A program made the position numbers and the translations under genes. Below the pieces are notes generated by a model, which did not search any database, had not been told where the DNA came from, and saw only the letters and a list, made by a program, of their open reading frames with translations. A DNA stretch of 64,000 nt from Candidatus Hadarchaeota archaeon (GTDB lineage Archaea; CAYQAE01; CAYVLA01): contig CAZUNO010000011.1 of NCBI GenBank assembly GCA_964621445.1, positions 1 through 64,000 on the forward strand, read 5' to 3'. Numbering within the stretch: position 1 is the first letter of the stretch; every line of letters begins with the position of its first letter. Positions 58,005 through 64,000 of this stretch are shown here, one piece after another.

Positions 58005-59076
58005 TCGGGGTCTCGGACTCCAGTCCCAGGTAGTCTGCCACGTCCTCCACCCTGGGTGGGAGGGCGTCCGGCTCCTCTATGAGCCCGATGGCCATGTCGG
58101 GGTCCTTGAGCCCGTGCCCGGTGAGAATGCAGACCGCGCTGTCGCCGGTCCGGACCTCTCCCCTCTCCAATGCCTTGGCAAGGCCGGCCACCGAGGCGGC
58201 TGAGGCCGGTTCCACGAAGATGCCCTCCCGGGAGGCCAGTGCCCGGTAGGCCTTGGTTATCTCCTGGTCGGTGACCGCGGTAATTGAGCCATCGGATTCA
58301 TCGGCGGCCCTCACCGCCTTATCCCAGCTGGCGGGGTTGCCTATCTTTATGGCCGTGGCCAAGGTCTCCGGTTCCTCGACCTCGTGGCCCAGGACTATGG
58401 GTGCCGCTCCCGCGGCCTGGAATCCCAGCATCTTGGGTGTCCCCGGCGACCTCCCGCCAGCGGCGTACTCCTTGAACCCCTTCCAGTAGGCGGTTATGTT
58501 GCCGGCGTTGCCCACGGGTATGCACAGGCAGTCCGGGTTGGTGCCCAGCTGGTCACATATCTCGAAGGCCCCGGTCTTCTGGCCCTCAATTCGGTTGGGG
58601 TTTATGGAATTGACCAGGGTCACCGGGTACTGGTCGGTGATGGATCGGACAATCCTCAGGGCGTCGTCGAAGTTGCCCTCTATGGCGATAACGATGGCAT
58701 TGTGGACCAAAGCCTGGGCAAGTTTGCCCTTGGCTATGGCCCCCTTGGGGATCACCACCGCGGCATCGATCTCCGACCGGGCTCCATAGGCGGCTGCAGA
58801 GGCCGAGGTATTGCCGGTGGAGGCACACATTATCATCTCCGAACCCTCCTCCATCGCCTTGGAGACCGCCATGGTCATGCCCCTATCCTTGAAGGACCCC
58901 GTGGGGTTCATGCCCTCCATCTTGAAGTAGAGTTCTATTCCCGCTCTGGGTCCTAGATAGGTCGATTTCACCAGGGGCGTGTTTCCCTCGTTCAGGGTTA
59001 CCACCGGCGTTTCCTCGCTAACCGGCAGGAATTCCCTGTAGGTTTCGATCACTCCGGGCCAGAATTCGTCCTTCAT
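57979..59076 (-). CDS. thrC: Threonine synthase
   Basis: [16 protein letters not shown] (PLP lysine), [16 protein letters not shown] and TGHGLKDP motifs. Confidence 0.96.
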   Translation of the reverse strand: MKDEFWPGVIETYREFLPVSEETPVVTLNEGNTPLVKSTYLGPRAGIELYFKMEGMNPTGSFKDRGMTMAVSKAMEEGSEMIMCASTGNTSASAAAYGARSEIDAAVVIPKGAIAKGKLAQALVHNAIVIAIEGNFDDALRIVRSITDQYPVTLVNSINPNRIEGQKTGAFEICDQLGTNPDCLCIPVGNAGNITAYWKGFKEYAAGGRSPGTPKMLGFQAAGAAPIVLGHEVEEPETLATAIKIGNPASWDKAVRAADESDGSITAVTDQEITKAYRALASREGIFVEPASAASVAGLAKALERGEVRTGDSAVCILTGHGLKDPDMAIGLIEEPDALPPRVEDVADYLGLESETPTTETADRA

Positions 59077-60377
59077 AGTTCATCCTCCACTCTGATACAA
59101 GATCCAATGCTCTCGACAACTTCCAGCTTGCTCATCCTGGAAAGGGCCTCGGTTATGTTGCCTTCCCTGGCCTTGTGGGTCATGAACACCAGGTCCACCA
59201 CCCTTCCCTTTTCCTCGGCCTGTCTCACGCTGGCCAGGCTTATATCCTCCTCACCGAACACCCCTGCTATGCTTGCCAGGGCCCCGGGGCGGTCAATAAC
59301 CCTGAGCCTCATGTAGTATTTGGTCTCCAGCTTCCCGATGTCCATCACGTTTTCGGCCCTAGCCGTGGGCAGTCCGCTCTCGAATCCCACCTTTGAGTCT
59401 GAGAGAAGGGATCTGGAGGCGTCGAGTATGTCGGCCACCACGGCGCTACCGGCCGAGGGACCTCCGGCACCGGTGCCGTAGAAAAGACCGGGACCAGCGG
59501 AGTCGGTGTTCACGAAAACCGCGTTGTAAATGCCGGTGACCGAGGTCAGGAGATGATCCTGGGGTATGAGGGTTGGATGGACCCTTATCTCGAGTCCACC
59601 CCGTTCTTTTTTACCCACGGCCAGAAGCTTTATGGTGTAGCCCAACTCCCGGGCGTAGCCTATGTCCTTCTGGGAGACCGAGGTGATTCCCTCCCTGAAG
59701 ACACGGTCCAGGGTAACCCAGCCCCCGAAGGATATGGAGGCCAGAATTGCCATCTTGTGGGCGGCGTCGATGCCCTCTATGTCGTAGGAGGGGTCGGCCT
59801 CGGCGTAGCCCATCCTGGTGGCCTCGTCAAGCGCCTCCTGGAATTCCATGCCCTCCACGGACATCTTGCTCAGTATGTAGTTGGTGGTCCCGTTCACGAT
59901 CCCGTAGATCTGCTCCAGGTTATTCCCGGCCAGTCCCTGGTGGATCCCCCTGAGCAGCGGTATCCCGCCTCCAACCGAGGCCTCGAAATACAGGCCGGAC
60001 CCGCTTTTCCTGGACAGGGAGACTAGCTCAAAACCGGAGTTGGCCATTACCTCCTTGTTGGCGGTGACCACCGTTTTGCCGGATCTCAGTGCCCTCTCCA
60101 TGAATGATCGGGCGGGTTCAAGTCCCCCTATCAATTCCACTACTATGTCAATTTCCGGGTCATCAAGCAGTTCTCCGGCCTCGGTGGTGAAGACCTCGCT
60201 CGGGATGTCGAGCTCCCTTCCGAGCTCCTCTCTTCTGTCGGCCACTTTGGCCACCCGTATCTCGGCACCGGTTCGGGACCGCAACCTTTCCCTCTGGTCC
60301 CTGAGTATCCGGTAGGTGGCGGCACCCACGGTGCCCAATCCTATAATGCCCACTTTGATGGTCTTCAACGGACTCAC
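59073..60377 (-). CDS. hom: Homoserine dehydrogenase with a C-terminal ACT domain
   Basis: [35 protein letters not shown] and DRPGALA motifs. Confidence 0.96.
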   Translation of the reverse strand: MSPLKTIKVGIIGLGTVGAATYRILRDQRERLRSRTGAEIRVAKVADRREELGRELDIPSEVFTTEAGELLDDPEIDIVVELIGGLEPARSFMERALRSGKTVVTANKEVMANSGFELVSLSRKSGSGLYFEASVGGGIPLLRGIHQGLAGNNLEQIYGIVNGTTNYILSKMSVEGMEFQEALDEATRMGYAEADPSYDIEGIDAAHKMAILASISFGGWVTLDRVFREGITSVSQKDIGYARELGYTIKLLAVGKKERGGLEIRVHPTLIPQDHLLTSVTGIYNAVFVNTDSAGPGLFYGTGAGGPSAGSAVVADILDASRSLLSDSKVGFESGLPTARAENVMDIGKLETKYYMRLRVIDRPGALASIAGVFGEEDISLASVRQAEEKGRVVDLVFMTHKAREGNITEALSRMSKLEVVESIGSCIRVEDEL

Positions 60378-60378
60378 C

Positions 60379-61182
60379 TCAAATTACATCGATGTTCTCG
60401 CTGATCGTCTGGAACTCTCTCAGCTTCTCGTTGGAGGGGCTTTCCACCTTGAACACGCACCTCTCCTGGTAATTTGCCAGGCACTCCACCTCGGTAACAT
60501 GTACCTCTTCCATCATTATTTGGGAAAGGATGCCCTCGAGTATGCCACACACGGCGAAGCAGGAGGGGCCCTTTCCCCGGAACTCCCGGGAGGAGAAGCA
60601 GTTCTCTATTATTACCAGCCCGTTGTCCACATCTATGGTAACGCTGTCCCCAATGGCTCTGGACTCCAGTATCTTCTCCCATACCGGCAGCTTGTTTGTC
60701 AGTTCGCCTATCTCATCCAGCCAGTAGTCGGCCATGACCTTTCCGAAATCCCTTCCCATGTTCCTGAGGACCTCGGGGTCCACGTGGGGTTTCATTCTGG
60801 ACCATTCATTCAGACCTATGGGTAGTATGTCCTGGTCGAACATCCGCAGCCCCTTGAAATGAGAGTCGAAAATCACGTCCTTTGACTCGTTTATCTCAAT
60901 GGCGTAGATTACGTTGGTGAACTCTATCTCCTTCCTGACCTGCTTCATGTCCACATCGCTATCGGTTATATCCACGAAAGCGCTGTACCTGCCGGAAACG
61001 CCCCTCTCGGCGGTATCGAACCAGCCCAGCTTGAGGTCGATCCCGTGTTTGGCCAGAATGGAGAGCACCTTGCTCTGGGACCCCGGAACGTCCTCCAGGG
61101 TCATGGATATCTGAGCGAGCTTTCTTCCCTTTGCCGTGTAGTATATACCTATATCACGGTCACCGATTTCATCTTCTTCCAA
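60379..61182 (-). CDS. ACT plus V4R domain protein (putative small-molecule sensor)
   Basis: DVPGSQSKV ACT-like motif; CF..G.SC..CGILEG..EVECLA...CVF V4R cysteines. Confidence 0.8.
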   Translation of the reverse strand: MEEDEIGDRDIGIYYTAKGRKLAQISMTLEDVPGSQSKVLSILAKHGIDLKLGWFDTAERGVSGRYSAFVDITDSDVDMKQVRKEIEFTNVIYAIEINESKDVIFDSHFKGLRMFDQDILPIGLNEWSRMKPHVDPEVLRNMGRDFGKVMADYWLDEIGELTNKLPVWEKILESRAIGDSVTIDVDNGLVIIENCFSSREFRGKGPSCFAVCGILEGILSQIMMEEVHVTEVECLANYQERCVFKVESPSNEKLREFQTISENIDVI

Positions 61183-61200
61183 TTAGTCCCCCTCGGACTT

Positions 61201-62103
61201 TCACCTAAATATTTTAGTAAGCGGGTGTCCCTGGGCCGGTTTGGTACGGTATTCCCATCTGTTCTGGTAGGCTGAAAAGGCGTCAACTGCGGCGATTGCC
61301 CAGGTGATCCAGCGGGCGTAGCCGATGGGCCCGTACATCACGAAGTCGCATCCCATGACCACCGAGGTTATGGTGGAGGCCACGTGTGCCGAGCGATATA
61401 TATCCTTGCTCTTCCTGGCCTTCTTCCACTGTGTGGTGGCGTTGCTGGCCCCGCAGCCCACGGGGAGGCCGAACTTCTCCTTTACCAGGTAGCATGCTTT
61501 GCTGGCAGTCCCTATGCTGGGAACGTCAAGAACCATGGTGTCCACCAGGAACTTCTCGAATCCTACCTCCTTGGCCACCGGCAGGAGCTCGTTCTCAAGA
61601 ATATCCAGCCTTCCTCCGGCCGACATGACCTTCTTGTCGAAGGTTAGAAGCACGCAGGTCTCCAGATTCAGGTCCTTCACCTGCTCGATCTCGTCCTCGG
61701 TGTAATCTGGAGAAATTGAGTTGTATATTGCCCTCTTCTCCAGGCCCACCTCGGAGCAGTGCTTGGCCACCGGTAGCCTCACGTCGGCGGTGATACCGTC
61801 GACCAGGAAGGGAACCTCGGTTTTCTCGGCGACCCAGTCAACGTAGCGTTCCAGGGCCTCCGGGTGGTTGCCCACAACGTCAAGTATGTAGGGGGTTCCC
61901 GTTTCATCCTTCAGAGAATCAACCCTGTTAATGAGCTTCTCGGCCTTCTTCTCGTCGAAAAGCCCCTTCTTTTCGTCCTTAACGATGCTATGTCCGGTGA
62001 AGAATATGCTGGGGATGGCCACGGTTGGGTTGGTGCCCGGCTGTCCGCCAATCTTCACTTCACCTATGTCATATACGGTCTGTTCCACTGGGTATTTGAA
62101 CAA
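61201..62103 (-). CDS. mtrH: MtrH-family pterin-binding methyltransferase (stand-alone)
   Basis: IGGQPG.NPTV..SIF..GH.IV.DEKKG.FD, YNSI, FGLPVGCGASN and YGPI motifs. Confidence 0.88.
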   Translation of the reverse strand: MFKYPVEQTVYDIGEVKIGGQPGTNPTVAIPSIFFTGHSIVKDEKKGLFDEKKAEKLINRVDSLKDETGTPYILDVVGNHPEALERYVDWVAEKTEVPFLVDGITADVRLPVAKHCSEVGLEKRAIYNSISPDYTEDEIEQVKDLNLETCVLLTFDKKVMSAGGRLDILENELLPVAKEVGFEKFLVDTMVLDVPSIGTASKACYLVKEKFGLPVGCGASNATTQWKKARKSKDIYRSAHVASTITSVVMGCDFVMYGPIGYARWITWAIAAVDAFSAYQNRWEYRTKPAQGHPLTKIFR

Positions 62104-62131
62104 ATGGTCCTCCTCCTTTCCGTTTTCTGAA

Positions 62132-63577
62132 TCAGCCCTTGGTTACGGCCAGAGGCCTCAGCTTGGCGACTTTTCTGCTTATTCCCACCTTGTGGCAGAC
62201 ATCTACAACGTTATTAATGTCCTTGTAAGCGCCGGGGGCTTCCTCCGCGATCACCGGCATACTTGCAGCTTTAACTATGATTCCCTCCTTTTCCAGATCG
62301 CTCTGCACGGTCTCTCCCCAGAAGTTCTTCTTGGCCTTGGTGCGGCTGAGTATTCTGCCGGCGCCGTGACAGGTGGAGCCGAATGTCTCGTTCATGGCGG
62401 TCTCCGTTCCCACCAGCAGGTAGGAGGCGGTGCCCATGTCTCCGGGTATGATCACCGGCTGTCCTATCTCCGAATAGTCGTCGGGTATGGAGTCGCTTCC
62501 CGGGCCGAAGCTACGGGTTGCTCCCTTACGGTGTACGCATAGTTCCATATCCTCTCCATCTACGGTGTGATACTCCATCTTCCCGATGTTGTGGGCCACG
62601 TCGTAGACCATGCTCATGTCCAGGCTCTCCGGGCTCTCGCCAAGCACGTCCTGGAAGGTCTCCCTCACCCAGTGCATTATCATCTGCCTGTTGCCCCATG
62701 CGTAGTTGGCCCCTGCTGACATGGCCGCCATGTAGGAGTCGGCCTCCGGGGTGCCAAGGGGTGCACAGGCCAGCTCGCGGTCCGGGATGTCTATGTCGTA
62801 CTTCTTTACCGCTTTCTCCATAACCTTGAGGTAGTCGGAGCATATCTGGTGCCCGCAACCCCTGGAACCGGTATGTATCATGGTTGTTACCTGGTTCTCG
62901 TGATCTATCCCCATCACTTCGGCGGCTTTCTGGTCGAAGATCTTGTCCACGTACTGGATTTCCAGGAAATGGTTTCCGCTACCCAGACTTCCCAGCTGGG
63001 GGATCCCCCTTTTCTTGGCCCTGTCGCTGATAACCGAGGAGTCGGCCCTTTCCAGAGACCCGTTTTCCTCCATATGCTCCAGGTCCTCGTCCCAGCCGTA
63101 GCCGTTCTCCACGGCCCAGGCGGCACCTCTCTCCAACACCTGTTCTATCTCCCTGCTGTCCAGCTTCACCCTGCCCTTACTGCCCAGTCCGGAGGGGACA
63201 TTCTTGAAAGCTGTGTTTATTAGGGATTTCAGGTTGGACTTTATGTCCTCCTTGTCCAGGTTGGTGCGGAGCAGCCTGACTCCGCAGTTGATGTCATAAC
63301 CTATTCCACCGGGGCTTATTACCCCGTCCTCTGAGTCGAAGGCTGCCACCCCTCCGATGGGAAAGCCGTATCCAAGGTGGACATCCGGCATGGCCATGGA
63401 GTAATTGACGATGCCCGGGAGGCATGCGATATTGACCACCTGGCCTATGGTCCGATTGTCGATTTCCTTCAATAATTTCGAGTCAGCGATTACCCTCCCC
63501 GGCACCCTCATACAGTCCTTGTAGCTGGCGGGGATCTCGTGAACGAGTTCGGATATCTTCTTCATTTGGTTGCTCAT
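62132..63577 (-). CDS. rtcB: RNA-splicing ligase RtcB (no intein)
   Basis: [45 protein letters not shown] and EEAPGAYK motifs. Confidence 0.97.
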   Translation of the reverse strand: MSNQMKKISELVHEIPASYKDCMRVPGRVIADSKLLKEIDNRTIGQVVNIACLPGIVNYSMAMPDVHLGYGFPIGGVAAFDSEDGVISPGGIGYDINCGVRLLRTNLDKEDIKSNLKSLINTAFKNVPSGLGSKGRVKLDSREIEQVLERGAAWAVENGYGWDEDLEHMEENGSLERADSSVISDRAKKRGIPQLGSLGSGNHFLEIQYVDKIFDQKAAEVMGIDHENQVTTMIHTGSRGCGHQICSDYLKVMEKAVKKYDIDIPDRELACAPLGTPEADSYMAAMSAGANYAWGNRQMIMHWVRETFQDVLGESPESLDMSMVYDVAHNIGKMEYHTVDGEDMELCVHRKGATRSFGPGSDSIPDDYSEIGQPVIIPGDMGTASYLLVGTETAMNETFGSTCHGAGRILSRTKAKKNFWGETVQSDLEKEGIIVKAASMPVIAEEAPGAYKDINNVVDVCHKVGISRKVAKLRPLAVTKG

Positions 63578-63732
63578 GTATGTCTACCTTCCCTAGAATA
63601 GGCGTTCCTTACTGGAATGGTTCATCTTTGGATTTGAAAACTCTTTTCCATCAGCGGGGCAGGTGCAGTTTGCCCTCAAGGGGCTCAAATACTTATCTTG
63701 AATGAGCCATCTCACAGCATATGCGGGACCAG

Positions 63733-64000
63733 ATGGATGACATAAACACGGTTTGGAGAGACCCTGAGAGGTTGAGGGCCCCGGCCTTCAACATAATTGG
63801 AAATCTTTACTACGTGGGGAATCGGGATGTCAGCAGCCACCTCCTGGCCTCGGACCAGGGACATATCCTTATAGATACAGGTTTCTCGTCCACGGTGCCC
63901 CTCCTCCTGGATAGCATAAGGTACTTGGGGTTCGAGGAGCAGGACATCGAACTCATAGTCAATACCCACGCGCACGAGGACCACGCGGGTGGCAATCGAA
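63733..64000 (+). CDS. MBL-fold protein resembling subclass B3 metallo-beta-lactamases (runs off window; start may be 63721)
   Basis: Hand translation MDDINTVWRDPERLRAPAFNIIGNLYYVGNRDVSSHLL...HILIDTG...THAHEDHAGG. Confidence 0.8.
   Translation, partial: MDDINTVWRDPERLRAPAFNIIGNLYYVGNRDVSSHLLASDQGHILIDTGFSSTVPLLLDSIRYLGFEEQDIELIVNTHAHEDHAGGNR

Noticed and set aside
30028-63577. Inteins in the usual hosts atpA, rfcS and rtcB
   Set aside because: Lengths are normal and motifs are contiguous across the common insertion sites.
1-64000. CRISPR arrays, transposases, integrase or att duplication at the tRNA
   Set aside because: No periodic repeat-spacer pattern, no recombinase or transposase motifs, and no duplicated tRNA 3' end seen within the window.

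Overview
GC-rich archaeal chromosome segment, mostly housekeeping and metabolic genes. It carries tRNA-Leu(UAA), gltX, carB, pncB, eno, tatAC, trmI, satP-acs, secFD-trkA, a complete A1Ao/V-type ATP synthase operon (order K-H-I-E-C-F-A-B-D), priL, pdaD, a K+ channel, ahcY, rfcS/rfcL, lysC, thrC, hom, a stand-alone mtrH homolog and rtcB. No transposase, integrase, CRISPR array, rRNA or intein was seen. Two signals stand out. (1) carB is interrupted at 12563-12582 by a 20-nt insert that folds into a canonical bulge-helix-bulge (BHB) motif; removing it at the standard archaeal endonuclease cut sites restores the conserved GQAAEFDYSG motif exactly, so it is a probable mRNA intron in a gene other than cbf5. 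(2) An ~650-nt intergenic stretch (41745-42400) downstream of a TATA box folds by eye into two large multibranched domains with many G-U pairs and possible pseudoknots, and it lacks the hallmark motifs of RNase P, SRP and group I/II introns; it is a candidate novel large ncRNA. Smaller findings are two C/D-box sRNA candidates, several unannotated small ORFs, a tatC frameshift, a decayed PAP2-like pseudogene and a subclass B3 metallo-beta-lactamase-like gene at the right edge. All calls were made by eye and no database searches were run.
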